From assembly GCF_018350175.1 (NCBI RefSeq), contig NC_058368.1, forward strand, positions 169,448,001 to 169,512,000: a stretch of DNA of 64,000 bases, written 5' to 3'. This document shows, piece after piece, positions 1 to 12,596 of the stretch (within the stretch, counting starts at the first letter, position 1; each line of letters begins with the position of its first letter). This stretch comes from Felis catus (Eukaryota). A program made the position numbers and the translations under genes. The notes beneath the pieces were generated by a model, which worked only from the letters and a program-made list of their open reading frames with translations, was not told the DNA's origin and did not search any database.

Positions 1-589
1 TAAGATTTGTCATGACTGGCTTTGTAATTGCATAAATATTAAATATGTAGAAATAATTGTAAGCACATTATCTCCATATCTCCACACGTTGCTTTAATTT
101 TTAATGTAATCTTTTATCCGCCGTTTCCTTAGCTGGCTGTGGGTTTGTGATTTGCATAGCTAGAATGATCTGGTGCCATCAATTTAGTAATGAAGTCACT
201 CATTGAGCAGAAGAGGCTTCTAAAGATTATACTAAGCTGTAGGAAAGAAGAGTGTGGAAATGAAATTTTATGTTTCAGGTAAATGGGAAGTTTATTTTAT
301 AGCACATTTCCCACTGTAAATTTAATATGGCCACTTTAAAATAAATTTGGAAAACAAAGAAGAGGGTGTACCCACATTTTCATCATCCTAACTTTTCAGT
401 GTTTTATATTCTGGTCTTTTAAACCTATGCATATATATTTTTAACATAGATGTAAGCACTATGTGTGTGTTCATATAATCTTGTATCCTGCTTTTTGTCT
501 CTTACTAACATAGTTATCATAACTAACTTTTATGACTGTAAAATAATAAAGAAAAGAGAGGTCCATAATTTACTCACCCCTTAAGTTTC

Positions 590-835
590 TGGTGGCTAGT
601 ATAGCAAAGTGGTTAAGCAGCTCATACTGGAGCCAGAAAAGTCAAACATCAGCTCTGCTACCTAAGTGTGTGGATTTGGGCAGGTTAGTGAAGGCTGTGT
701 CTCAGTTTCCTCATCTATGAAGTGGGGATAATAACAGTGCCTCTATGAGGGTGTTCTTTTGGCAGTTTAAGGAAATAATCCATGAAAAGCACCTAGCCTG
801 TCTCTATTATACAGTAAGTACTAAAATGAAGTGTT
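590..835 (+). mobile_element. MIR SINE
   Basis: MIR core: tctcagtttcctcatctatgaagtggggataataacagtgcct. Confidence 0.75.
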
Positions 836-859
836 ATTAAAGACAAGAAAGTTAAATAC

Positions 860-1110
860 ATGACACTGGGTTTCAAAATTAACAACAACAAAAAAAGCTT
901 GAGTCCTACAAAACTGAGTCTCCTGAGATAATGCCACCACCCCAGAAGTTCCCATGTGCCTTTTACTGGTAACAACTCCCTACCTTCACTACTAACCAGA
1001 TTTTGACGGTTAACATGTCCTTGTTTTGCTTCATACTTAACATGTAAGTATGCTTCCCAGAAAATATAGCTGAGTTTTGCCTGCTATTGAACTTAATATA
1101 AATGGAATCT
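860..1110 (-). mobile_element. Old L1 3' UTR fragment
   Basis: accaccccagaagttcccatgtgcc...agttttgcctgctattgaacttaatataaatggaatc, typical of reversed L1M 3' ends. Confidence 0.55.
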
Positions 1111-1140
1111 TTCTCTCTCTCTCTTTTAATGTTTATTCAT

Positions 1141-1341
1141 TTTTTTGATGTTTATTTATTTTTGAGAGACAGAGACAGAGCACGAGTGGGGGAGGAGCAG
1201 AGAGAGAGGGAGACACAGAATCCAAAACAGGCTCCAGGCTCTGAGCTGTCAGCACAGAGCCCAACATGGGGCTCGGACTCAGACTGTGAGATCATGACCC
1301 GAGCCGAAGCCAGACGCCGAACTGAGTCACCCAGGCGCCCC
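1141..1341 (-). mobile_element. Can-SINE inserted into tail of the adjacent Can-SINE
   Basis: Ends cccaggcgcccc at 1341; near-identical direct repeats aatgtt(t/c)attcattttt at 1128 and 1342. Confidence 0.92.
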
Positions 1342-1542
1342 AATGTTCATTCATTTTTGACAGAGACAGACAGAACATGAACAGGGGAGGGGCAGTGAGA
1401 GAGAAAGAGTCATAGAACTCGAAGCAGGTTCCAGGCTCTGCACTGTCAGCACAGAGCCCAACATGGGGCTGGAAGTCATGAACTGTGAGATCATGACCTG
1501 AGCCGAAGTTGGATGCTTAACTGACTGAGCCTGCCAGGTGCC

Positions 1543-1545
<3 letters not shown>
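1342..1545 (-). mobile_element. Can-SINE (host copy)
   Basis: GA-rich body, gagatcatgacctgagccgaagttggatgcttaactgactgagcc, ends ccaggtgcccc. Confidence 0.9.
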
Positions 1546-1549
<4 letters not shown>

Positions 1550-1580
<31 letters not shown>

Positions 1581-1603
1581 ACACACACACACACACACAC
1601 ACA
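1550..1603. repeat. Compound (CT)n(AC)n microsatellite
   Basis: Direct reading. Confidence 0.95.
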
Positions 1604-2194
1604 ATATCACTTTGTATTTAGGAGGCATACAATTCAAGGCTTGATTTTGTTGGGATGAAGAAAGGTTTGGACAGGGAGCCAGAGAACTTGGCTTCAAGTC
1701 CAGTCTCCATGAGATCTCAGGCAAATCTTTGTGCCTCCCTGGGGCATGTAAAATTTTCGTATGTGCTAAGTGTCTTTGAAGCTTTGGAGTACTAAATTGT
1801 TAAGCTTTTCCTATTTGAGTACTGTGCTGGCATATGAGAAACTAGAGCCAAAGATAATCCAGAGGAAGACCTGGGGCCTGCTAGATATAAGCCTCCTCTT
1901 CCCAAAAACCATGCCAATAACAGTGTCCGCAAACAAAGGACTATAAAAGAATGAAAGTGATCCTACACCACAAATAATTTTCCCTTCTCTGTTATATCCA
2001 CATCTAGATATATTATTGGCCTTCGTTGTCATGTGCATGGATGACATTTCCCCCAAGATAAATTATAGCCATAAAGATTTTAATGTCAGGAGTTTGGAAT
2101 TCAAATTAATAATTACATATTATAAGTTTTCCTGGACAGAGTCAGTTTTAAACATCTTAACCCATTTCGTGTGTTTGTATTTCTCCTAATACTG

Positions 2195-2770
2195 CTGGTG
2201 GTTAAGTACTGCAGGTTGGCTCATCTAATGCCCATTCCACTTTCCTCTTATGGCATCTTTCATAAAGCAGACTGGAAGCTTACAACGTTTCCTAGACTTC
2301 TTTGCACCTAGAGCTATGGATACTGTCAATTAGATACATTCATGCAAGATTTAGAAAACATAAGAGAAGATGGGACATCTTCGTGACCACTTTTGGCTGT
2401 ATTTCTCTTATAATTAATATCATTGAAACATTTTTTTTTTTCTGAAGCAGTGTTCCATGGCCCATCATTCAGCCCCCTGATGACAATAAGTAGTTGTGGC
2501 AGTTGGGACAGCAATAGTTTTCTGGCTCTACCTGCCCTCATGGGTTATGTTATTGAAACCAGCATCCAAGAGTCCTCAGCAGTCATAGCTCCACTGAGAG
2601 GTCAGCTCTGTACTGTACTGGAATCATTCATTCTTGGAGGCTCCATATATAACTCACTTCTCCAATCCTGACATTCATTTTTGCAAGCACAATCTATTAA
2701 ATGCCTTTCTTCTTAAAAATAACTAAAATTGTTTCTATTTGTTTGCACCACCAAACCCTGACTGATACAC
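2195..2770 (+). mobile_element. Old solo ERVL LTR (LTR33-like)
   Basis: Ends ...aaaccctgactgataca, with internal segments typical of LTR33 from recall. Confidence 0.55.
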
Positions 2771-2862
2771 ATCCTGAAAGTTACTTCAGAAAATCTATTC
2801 ACTGTATACAAGGTATAAGATACCATAACTCTGTAGAATGCTGTATCAAAAAGACAAGGGCC

Positions 2863-3090
2863 GGGGCGCCTGGGTGGCGCAGTCGGTTAAGCGTCCGACT
2901 TCAGCCAGGTCATGATCTCGCGGTCGGTGAGTTCGAGCCCCGCGTCGGGCTCTGGGCTGATGGCTCAGATCCTGGAGCCTGTTTCCGATTCTGTGTCTCC
3001 CTCTCTCTCTGCCCCTCCCCCGTTCATGCTCTGTCTCTCTCTGTCCCAAAAATAAATAAACGTTGAAAAATAAAAATAAAAATAAAAAAA
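2863..3090 (+). mobile_element. Young full-length feline Can-SINE (SINEC_Fc-like)
   Basis: ggggcgcctgggtggcgcagtcggttaagcgtccgact head with intact CpGs, CT-rich body, A-rich tail; TSD aaaaagacaaggg at 2848-2860 and 3086-3098. Confidence 0.96.
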
Positions 3091-3604
3091 GACAAGGGGT
3101 TTGGAAGCCAGAAAAAATAAGCCACACCATTTAGTATCTCTGTATCCCAAAGCAGATTGCTTAACCACTCTGTATCGAAGTTCCTTTATATATTAAATAG
3201 ATTTTAACATGCTAAACTTCCAGAGTTGTGAGAATTACATGGGGCAGCACAAGAAAAGCACAACTGGTCATAGCACACACTGGTCATTCACTATGTGGAG
3301 TTTATTTCTATCTATCCCCATATTGGAATTCTCTTTGTAGTTAATTAGTAAAATAATTTGGGGAGAAATTCTATTAAAATTGTATACATACCTACATATG
3401 TGTATATTTATCTATCTTCTGTCTTTCTATCTATATACACACCCTTATAGGAACACAAAGATTGAGTGCTGATTGATTCACAGTGACAAGAGGAGTAGGT
3501 TTAAATGAAGTTCAAGAGCAAAGAGACTTCCAGTATGAGCCAGAGCAACCCATTATGAGTGTTACCAATTCACCCCAACTGGTGCCTCAAGGCCCAAATA
3601 ATAA

Positions 3605-3780
3605 TTAATTCATTCAATGAATATTTATTAGGCCTTGACATTTGTAGACACTATTTTACTCACTAAGATACAGTGAAAAATCAAAAGGCCCCTGACTTTC
3701 AGGAGCTTGCATTCTATTGGAAGAGACACTCAGAAGACAATAAGTAATTTCAAATAGTGAGAAACACTATGAAGAAAAGG
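3605..3780 (-). mobile_element. L2 3' fragment
   Basis: ttcattcaatgaatatttatt...ccctgactttcaggagcttgcattcta. Confidence 0.6.
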
Positions 3781-6700
3781 CACTCTTCTTTTAGCTCTGT
3801 TTCCCTTACCTTCTCCGAAGTTTACTGTTACTTGACTCATCCTCTCTCTCAGCTTCCTTTCAGGGAAGGAAAAGCAAAGGGAGGTGAAGATTATGTCAAC
3901 AATGTCAAGATTCTCTTAGGTAGGCGAGTAGTTTCAAGATCTGCGAAGGGTCTTGGGCCTGTCACTATTTTCTTGACACCAGCAGAAAACACGAGATGCC
4001 TGGATTAGAGACAAAAGAACATGTCAAAGCAGCATGAGCATGATGTTGGTGTTAGTTTCCCATGTCCCTCAAATCCCACAGGGTCTAAAGAAGGAGCCCA
4101 AGTGGGTGCCATATACATAGGAGATTTCTGTCATAGGCCAAGGAATACTGAACTTGGAGAACACACTGCTTTTAAAGTTTTGGTAAGTAAGCCTACTCTT
4201 TGTTTGGAAGAAAGTATTACTTGGTTCCTCAAGGTTGCTGGCTGCAAATACAATCCTGAAAAATGACCCAAATAAAGAGCAGTCAGGGTCTCTTTTATTC
4301 TTGGCATATACCCAGAAATAATGTGTAGAGATGCTCAGGGCCCTTGGCAGACTGATTTTCCCAACAGGTAGGAGATAAAAGGATTGAACCTTCCATCCTT
4401 TATGTTTTATGCAATCACAATTATAAAATTTTCTAAAGTTATGAGTACTCAGAACTTTGTTCCTTCCTCCTTCCAAACTTATATCTTAGATATGATGTAT
4501 GTAGGCAACTGAAGAGTTCAGACAGACTTAGAGTAGCAGCTGGCAAGGGAAGAGATAAATTTTCCAGTTGTTACCAAATATAACCTCAGGATCTTCTGTA
4601 GATATAGACCTTCTCATCATTAGAAGCATGGAACTAGACCTCATACCTTCCAGAAACCTCACCCCAGGCTTTTTTCCTGTTCAATATTACATTGATTGCC
4701 CATTTTAACAAACCTCAGCTGCAAAAATATACTTATGTGGGTAGGGAAAATAGTATAATATGTTCCTTCCCTGAGCACTCCTCACATGGCCGTTGCTCTT
4801 GAATCCTGCTACAAAGGGTCCTTGCTGGATCATCCTTACAGCCAACTTTTCTTGGATCAATGTCAGGGAGAGAAAATTGTAGACTTCCTCTATGACATAC
4901 CAGTGCTGTCCAATGAGGGCTCCATTATCTGCTTCCTGTAATGGCTATTTCATATGTTCTCTACCCTACTCACTGCTTCCTGGAAACATTCTTCTTTCCC
5001 AGAGAAGATGGAAGGTGTCTGGGGAATGCTCTCCTAACATGTTATGTGTTACCTCTTGTAATCCTACAGTAAATGCTGAAAAATAGCTATTACTATCCCC
5101 ATGTGGCATGTTGGAAAATGGAGTTTTGTAGATATCATGTAACTTTCCCAAAGCCAGAAAAGCAATGTGTCCTGGAGAAGGAATCAGATTGAATCCTTAC
5201 GATATGGGTCCTGCCCTGCCCTCATGCAGCTTCCAGATACAGTGAAATAAAACTTCTTCTTTAAAAAAAAATGTTTGTACAAAAATCCCTAGCTTCCTAA
5301 GCCACAGAAACATAAGCACTATAGAGAATGTTTGCTTTTACTTTTCCTAATACATTTTCTCATATCATAAGGATGAGACCTTTAGCTGTTTGTTTCCCTA
5401 ATAACAGAGTTAATTGCTCAGATCCAAAGGGAGAATAAAACTTCTCTTATCTTCCCCAGAGCAAAATATTATGTCCTGAGATAGGCACCTAGGTTAGCTC
5501 TGAAGGTGCTGGGAGACTGGATTATTACCTTTCTAGTTATTTAAATTCCAACTAGGAATGAAGCCCCAGAGCTCAGAAACATCTGGAGTAAGGAGGAGAC
5601 TCTTTCAGGAGATGAGGAGGAACAGCTGTATCCTTTACCTTCGTAAACACAGAAAAATCACTTCTTGTCCCCTGTCTGTAGAGTACCTGGCCACTGATGT
5701 AGAAAAATTTTCATTGTCTTTCATGATATTGCCCCAGGGGTAATACCTGGGGCAAGCTGGCAGGGGGTAGCATGCAGTTCTTACTTACTCTGGGGTAGTA
5801 AGAAATCTCTGATCCACAGCACCTCATGTGCTCATTCAAGATAAAATAAATAAAGATAACTATTAAAAACACATCACTAGACAATTCAGAGAAGGGAGAA
5901 GAACACAAATACTTCTAGACCATGAAATAAGTAGTTATAACAAATACCTGGTAATGTATTTGAAGAGAGAGTGTTTGAGTTTTTTGTGTGTGGAATGAGT
6001 AGGAGTTTGTTGATGGACAAGGAAGCTGAAAGGCATGCTAAACATAAAGAATTATACCAAGGATATGAGGTGCACCTTTGTTCAAGTTTTATAAAATTGG
6101 ACCTTTATTCAGGGTGCTTTATTTCCACATATCACAAAATTGTCATATTATATTAATTTCATTATGATAAGATACTCTACTGCCATCTTCCAGAAGATAG
6201 TTCCAATAACTACACAAATTGACAATATCAGCAATATGTACAGCACCGCTTAAAGGTGTCCTATGTATGGTCTATACAATTGTACATAGTGGCCCCGTGT
6301 CCTTGGCTCAACAGGGAGAAAGCAAGTTGTTCAGCATAACTTGGATGAAGATTGTGTGTGAAAGAGCGGGAAGAGACAAAGCTGGATAGAAAGGCAGGGG
6401 TCAGAACTGGAAGGAACTTAGGGTCCATACCAATGTGATTAGAATTAGATCTGAGAGTGCTGGGAAACTACTGATGGATTTTAGGCAAGAACATGTGATT
6501 GAAATTTTCACAAAGCTAGAGCATTGGGAAAGTGGTGACAATAGGACAAGATCAGACAGGAGATCCAGTAAGAGACCAGAAGATCACAGGAGCTCTATGA
6601 TAGGAAGACAGGGAGGAGGCTGACTTCTTTGGTCTTAGAGGGAGGAGGGGAGGTCTTCTTCCTGCCAGAGTGATTCTCTTTTTCACAGCTTTTGGTTCCC

Positions 6701-6953
6701 ATCACTATACCTTCTTTGCTACCTACCACCGTGCTCTTTCACTTTTCCTTTTCCTGTGTCTTTAATCTCTCTCTCCACTTGCTTCATCCCTGCAGGCTTC
6801 GGTTACCCCAATATGTCAAAGTCTTGCTTCTGCCCACCCTTGTTTTTCTACATGAGTATTTTCTGCTGCATTAGAGTGGCTTTATTCACTCTCCAGATCA
6901 GGAAAATCCTATGCTTCTAACCAACAAGTGGTTGAATAACCCCTATGCAGCGG

Positions 6954-7460
6954 TGTGGTAGCTGGTAGAACCACAAGGATAACTACTGAAGTTACGATGT
7001 TGGCTTGCCATGCTTCCAGAGATTCAACCATTAAGATGCTAACAGGCTCAACTGGATTTAGGTAATTTATTACTTACACAGCAAAAACAGTATCAGTGTG
7101 GTGTCACCTCCCCACATCTCTAGTCCCACAGGATGACAGTAAACTGGAGGGACCTGATGACAGAGAAGAGTTATGGGTTGATCTTCTCCTGAGAAGCCAT
7201 CTAAACTATAGCCTGGCAGTTTCTAGACTTACACAGAAGCTTGAACTTATATTTGAAAGTGGGTGGAGTAACATAGAAAGTCCTGGGCTCAATTGAAACT
7301 AGGGAGTTTGATGAGAAAAGGCTTTAGAGCAGTCTGCTTCTCCAAAGAAACTTATCTCCCCTTGGCCGTGGAGGAATTGCAGGGCATTCCACCAAGACTC
7401 TGATCAGACTTGGCTTATGTAAAGACATGGGAAGTCATGTGGCAACAGGGCTCTATACCA
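6954..7460 (-). mobile_element. Probable 3' LTR of the ERV (ERVL-type, family not assigned)
   Basis: Preceded on the minus strand by PPT-like AGGGGTGGAG (~7465-7474); minus-strand AATAAA at 7066-7071; ends ...CTACCACA at 6954. Confidence 0.6.
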
Positions 7461-7591
7461 CTGACTCCACCCCTGACCTTTCATGTATCCAAGTAAGAAT
7501 AATTTTCAAGAGTCTGGGCCACCCATTAGATTACCTAATTAATTATAATGATTGATTGTAGAAATTTGGACCAAATATTTTCCATTCATCT

Positions 7592-7905
7592 TAGGCCAGA
7601 GCAGATCAGAGTGACCGTGGCTATGACTCCTAGAAAGATGGTCAGTCTAACTTGAAAGATAAATTACAAAAAGGTTCCCCATCCACAGCCAAGCCAGTTA
7701 AGTACGTCTCAGGTGTTGTTGAGACTGAACTGAGAAAGCCACACTGCTTTCTCTCTAAGGCAGAAGATAGACTGTTTCACTTTCCTGATTCATTAATCTA
7801 AGTGAAACAATAGGTGTTGGCATTTGAAAATATTCTCCCTTGACTGGCTAGCAGGAGGTCTGGGGCAACATGATTTTTTATAATCACTTGGATTAGAGAG
7901 TTTAA
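7592..7905 (-). pseudogene. Retroviral envelope TM-subunit remnant
   Basis: Manual minus-strand translation: LNSLIQVIIKNHVAPDLLLASQGRIFSNANTYCFT*INESG/(frameshift)VKQSIFCLREKAVWLSQ...*DVLNWLGCGWGTFL*FIFQVRLTIFLGVIATVTLICSGL. This gives an immunosuppressive domain, a degraded CX6CC, a W-rich membrane-proximal region and a TM helix. Confidence 0.8.
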
Positions 7906-8959
7906 AATGGTTTATGTTTGTCAGGCAAGTAGAGGTCTGATGAGTATAAGTACACTCACATGAGTATAAGTACACTAGTGGGGGCATAAACTGTATTAGG
8001 AATGTTAAATATCCTTTATTACAATAAAGGTGAGTCAATTATGTGTCCCTTATGGTGGGCAAACTCCTTGATTGAAGCTAAATAATTTCCTGCAAAGCAG
8101 GCTGCAATGCTTCTGAAGAGAACAATCTGGCTATGATAGCCAACTAGCCTAGCCCTTATGGTATGGACTGTTCCAGGTGAATTAGATTCTGCTAATATGT
8201 TTGTAGTGACTTCAGCAATGGCATTTTGCTGACATGGGGGTCAAGGTTTAATTCTCCAATGTTTGAAGGAAAAGCTGTTAAGTTTTTGTCAGTAGGGTCA
8301 GGAGGGAATGATAGATGCAGCAGTTAAATTCAGCTACTGCTGGTCTGGAAAAAACATACAAGAGAATTTTGTTTTTTTCCTTACATGATAGAGACCCCAA
8401 GGGACTGACAATAATACCAGCCTAGCGGGAATCTTAATGATGTCCAGAAAATTAATTTTGTTCTATCATCTCAGGTGGAGGTCATCCACCTGAAAGGTAA
8501 CAGTCCTTAGTTTAAGATCTAAAAACTACGGATCTGAGTTTTAACATCTAAGAGTCCAGGATTTAAGTTAAGGATGGATATTCAAGCTTACAAAGGAATT
8601 CTGAGAGGACAGTCCAGGTCAGGTGTCCTATAAGTGAGAGCCAAGAGAAGCTTAGTGATTCTTTCCCCAACCCCTGACTTCCCGGGGTTTAGGGTATTCT
8701 TTTCCTACCAGATGGGCTGTTGATTTCCTTCCATAGCCACATGATTGGTATGACCAGTCTCTGCAGCAATCACTTTATTCTTTTTCCCAATCCTCATCAT
8801 TTCTAACCTATGCCATTTTCTTGGATTCATCTCATCTCTCAGTGGCTTTTTTTTTTTTTTTTTTTTTTTTGGTAGAGCTTGTACCATCCTGGAACTTGTC
8901 CCACCCTAAAAGTGTGGGACATGCCAGGACCACTTTAGAGTTGTCATCTCATGCTCATG

Positions 8960-11460
8960 ATTAGTTTCTCCTGCCCTCTAATTCAAATATACCATACCAA
9001 GACATCTGAAATACCTGCTACTTCCAGTTCATCAGATCCAATTAGCATAATGTTGTCATTTTGAACAACCAAAATGAACCAGTGTGATGCTTTGTGGAAT
9101 GTCAAGAGGATCAACATTTCTGTAGGCTATATTAAGGAGAATTGATGTGCCCCCAAGGTAACCCTGTAAAGGCATTCCATTGGCCCTGTTAGGTAATCAC
9201 CAACTGCTTCTGATTTTTTTTTTTTATAAATAAGTATAGAAAAGATGGCATTAGCTATATCAATAGCTGTATACCAAGTACCAGGTACTATGTTGATTTG
9301 TTCCAGTAAAAATACTGCATCTGGGACAAAAGCCACAATTGGAATTACCTCCTGATTAAGTTTATAGTAATCCACATTTTCCAAGATCCATATGACTTTT
9401 GCACTGGCTAAATAGGTGAGTTAAGTGGGAATGTGATAGGTATCACCACCATTGCTTCTTTCAAGTCTTTTCTGGTGGTATTGTTTCTGGTTTGCTATCT
9501 TGGAAGACAGTGAAATATCCAGGAGTTTCCCATATAGGTCTTCTTATCATAATGGCCCTCATCTCATGGGAAAAAAAGCCAATGGGCGGGGGGTATTGTC
9601 AGTTCTAGAACTGAAAAAATAACCACACAGTTGGTGTGTGGATCAAATGAATTAACAGGACCAACTGTGAGTAGGACACGAGCTAAGACTTCATTTAACT
9701 ACTGACCAAGATAAACTCCAACTTTGGTTGAATCATAAAAGTGGTGTTTTTTATTCTTAGGGATTAGCATCAATTCAGATCCAGTGTCTAATAAACCTCA
9801 AAAGATTTGCATATTTCATTTTCTCCAATGTACTGTCACTCTAGTAAATGGCCACACAGCGCTACAATACACTGTGTATTGTAGCAAAGGTGAAGGGTCC
9901 TTCCTGAAGGAGTCTCCTTCAGTCAAGGGGTTTTTGAGTCTGTGAATTGGTTTAGGTGTGAAAACTGAGTGAGAAGCTGTGATTGTCCACTATACTAACT
10001 CAAGTTAGATTTTACCTACCTGACTTACAGCTTGTCCTATTATAAATATCAAGCAGTACTCTTATTTGGTTGCCTATCTGTTTTGTTCCTAGGGCACCTC
10101 TGTGGGCCAAGGCAGTCTGAGTGCCTATACATACTTGTCGTTGCCCTTTAACACAAATGTAACCAAATTATATGTGATACCCAAGTGCCACTTGTCCTCT
10201 TGCTATTAGGTTCTGTCATCTCCACTGAAATCCAGATGCCCAAATCAATGGTACATCCTCTATAATCATACATGGCCTACAGAGGGGGACATCCATACAG
10301 AGTTTCAAAGATTCATGTCTTCCTCTCACGAATTTATTTCTCATTTTTTCGGCTTAGAGCGTGTCTTTGGGCCTTTGACGGAACACAGTTGAAGACGGGT
10401 ATGCAGATTGTATATGATAAGTATAACATTTCCCTAAACCATGGATTCCCTGTTCCACATGTCTGGGAAAGTTGGGCACCTCAACTTCACCAATTGTATG
10501 CCACCAATGAGTCCAAGTTTCAATCAACCAAACTGTTAGAACCACCTCTAGCTGCATAAGCTAAAACAAAAAATTAACATCCTAACAACGAATTTGGTTC
10601 AATATAGTGTTCTACTCCACCCTCCATGGTCTGATGCCGGTAGAAGCCACTCCCACACATGTTCAAGAGGTTTCTGCCTATGTATTAACATAGTAACCAC
10701 ATTGTAGTTACCTTGGTGTGAACCTATCCCCCAAGAGCATGCAGAGTTAAGACTATAGTGGCATCAGAGGGTGATTGTGGTGGGTTTTGAGGAGAATATA
10801 TATATTCCCTTTCAAGCATCGTCCCCAGGTGAGGTTGTCACAAAGCTTTCAAGCAGAGGAAATCTACCTCCTCAGACACTGGAGAGAGCAACCTACTTCC
10901 ACTGGTAAGAAAGGCCCAGAGTGACTTAATGTTTCAAAATTGCCAGTTTCATCTGGGCCCAACCCATTTTCAGTTTTGAAGTCCTATTATTTAATAACCG
11001 ATACCCTAACTTTTGCATGAGAAACTTGGCACATCTGTGAATTCAATGGAAGTTGTAATTCAGGAACCAGAAATTTTTAATTTTGTGTTGAATTTTCAGA
11101 AATATCATTTATCTGAAATTCTCTTAGAGTTGTTATGGAAGCTCTCTGGTTTTCATGTCCTAACTTTGATCTGTGCTTGTCGTTTCTCTTTGTAAGCATT
11201 CAAAGGAACTCAAAAGAATCCATATCACACCATAGTCCTTGTAGTCACCTTACAGCCATACCAGTCACCTTACAGCCACAGCTACTTGGGCCCCCAAGGC
11301 ACATGGTTCAGTTGGTACTTCATCACAATCAGCCACAGGAAATTGATTAATTGGGGTGCCCCGGGTGCCATGAATCACTAGCATCTTATTTCCCTTTGGC
11401 AGGGAGTTCAGCATCGAGCTCAAGCCAAAGACCCAATCAAACCAAATTCCTAACCTCATC
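8960..11460 (-). mobile_element. Degenerate ERV-L (class III) internal region: gag, protease and 5' RT remnants
   Basis: Minus strand: gag-like WLIETWTHWWHTIGEVEVPNFP (10354-10557); protease TRVTVHW...GLLDTGSELMLIP (DTG motif within 9759-9797); RT VDYYKLNQEVIPIVAFVPDAVFLLEQINIVPGTWYTAIDIANAIFSI (9127-9384); degraded YxDD region NDNIMLIGSDELEVA (~9015-9065). Many stops and frameshifts. Confidence 0.9.
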
Positions 11461-11479
11461 TCTTGGGGTTACAGGTAAA

Positions 11480-12130
11480 GCTTAATAAAAAATAAAAAGC
11501 TTAAGCAAAAATATTATAAACTACAATAGATAATTAATGAGGGATTCACTAGGGGGAAGATAACCCCTAGAGGATATAGAAACAGCAGTTTTAAGGAGCA
11601 AATCTTATAATTAACCCCTGGGCTGGGACAGAGCTCCCCAAAGAGGAGCTCGCCAGCCCCTCACAGGGCTAAGATCCAGACTTTATTGGAGACGGCAGAG
11701 TCCTCAAACTCTGGCTCACTGAATGGCACAGAAGTCACATCTACAGAACACTACCCTGTGGAACCTAATACAAATCTTGTCTCTACAGAGCCTGGAGAGT
11801 TATTCATGGGTAGTGGCTCACTTTAGGGCCTCCTCTACAGAACCACTAGAGTTAGGGATGATGGAGGAATTTTCTGATGGAAAAATCTCCAGTGCCAAGC
11901 TAGTGGAGCTTGGCACTGGAGAAAGCCAGGTATACTGCAAGCGCCTGCCTACCCGTATACCAAAACCAAGAAGCAAAACCCTTTTCTTCCTGCGATGTCT
12001 CTTCAGCGCCCTCTACTGACAAAGCTTCAGCACCTGCTGTCAAAGAAAAACTTACTTAAAAGGGCCCAGATCCATTTTCACGGTGCAGTCAAAAAGGGTG
12101 GATTTGGGATTGAGCAGCAATTAAACACTA
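11480..12130 (-). mobile_element. LTR-like element 5' of ERV gag (resembles LTR41-type ERVL LTR)
   Basis: Sits immediately 5' of the gag remnant; the segment ccctttt...cagcgccctctactgacaaagctt...aagggcccagatccattttcac resembles old ERVL LTRs as I recall them. Family call not verified. Confidence 0.5.
12002..12022 (-). promoter_or_regulatory. Putative CTCF binding site inside LTR-like element
   Basis: Minus strand reads TTGTCAGTAGAGGGCGCTG, close to the CTCF core consensus CCA(C/G)(C/T)AG(A/G)GGGCGC. Confidence 0.6.
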
Positions 12131-12509
12131 ACCCCCACGACCATTACTTCTTAGGCTCCACTCATAGATTTTGTAGCCAGCTGTCGTTGGCAGTCTCCTT
12201 TCCTTCACGTTTCATCAGGAAGTCACCAAAAGCAACAGAGGAAAAGAGGAGCCTGAACTTAATGAGAAGCCCCTTTCTCCTCTATTTCTACAGCTCCTCA
12301 CCAAGTTGCCGTCCCAGACACGCCAGGCCCGGTTCCTCAAGGACAGGAAACCTGGGCACCAAAAAGGAAATGAGGAGAAAGCTCACACTCTGTGGAACGT
12401 AGGCTGCTGGCGTCTGAAGGCCTCAGAGGGCCTCACCTCCACCCAGGCTGCCTGCCAGTTCACAAAAGCCGTCCGAGGTCTTCTCTCCGCCTGGGCTCAG
12501 GGAGGAGGG

Positions 12510-12596
12510 TGCGGGGCGGGCCCGTTGGGCGGCGCACTGTGATTGGGCACCTGAGGCCCCGCCCCATCCCGGCGCGTCGAGAATGGGCGGGGCCAG
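12510..12596 (+). promoter_or_regulatory. TATA-less proximal promoter: three Sp/KLF GC boxes and an inverted CCAAT box
   Basis: GGGGCGGG 12513-12520, ATTGG 12542-12546, GCCCCGCCCC ~12556-12565, GGGCGGGGCC ~12585-12594. The TSS cannot be read from sequence. Confidence 0.7.

Noticed and set aside
2863..2945. tRNA-like sequence with A/B boxes
   Set aside because: It is the tRNA-derived head of a Can-SINE, not a tRNA gene.
1102..3168. ORFs such as MVWLIFSG...ETEHERGRGRERG and similar ones elsewhere
   Set aside because: They are translations of Can-SINE bodies and recur at each SINE.
7592..8700. Possible domesticated env (syncytin-like) gene
   Set aside because: Several in-frame stops, a frameshift and lost cysteines; no long ORF.
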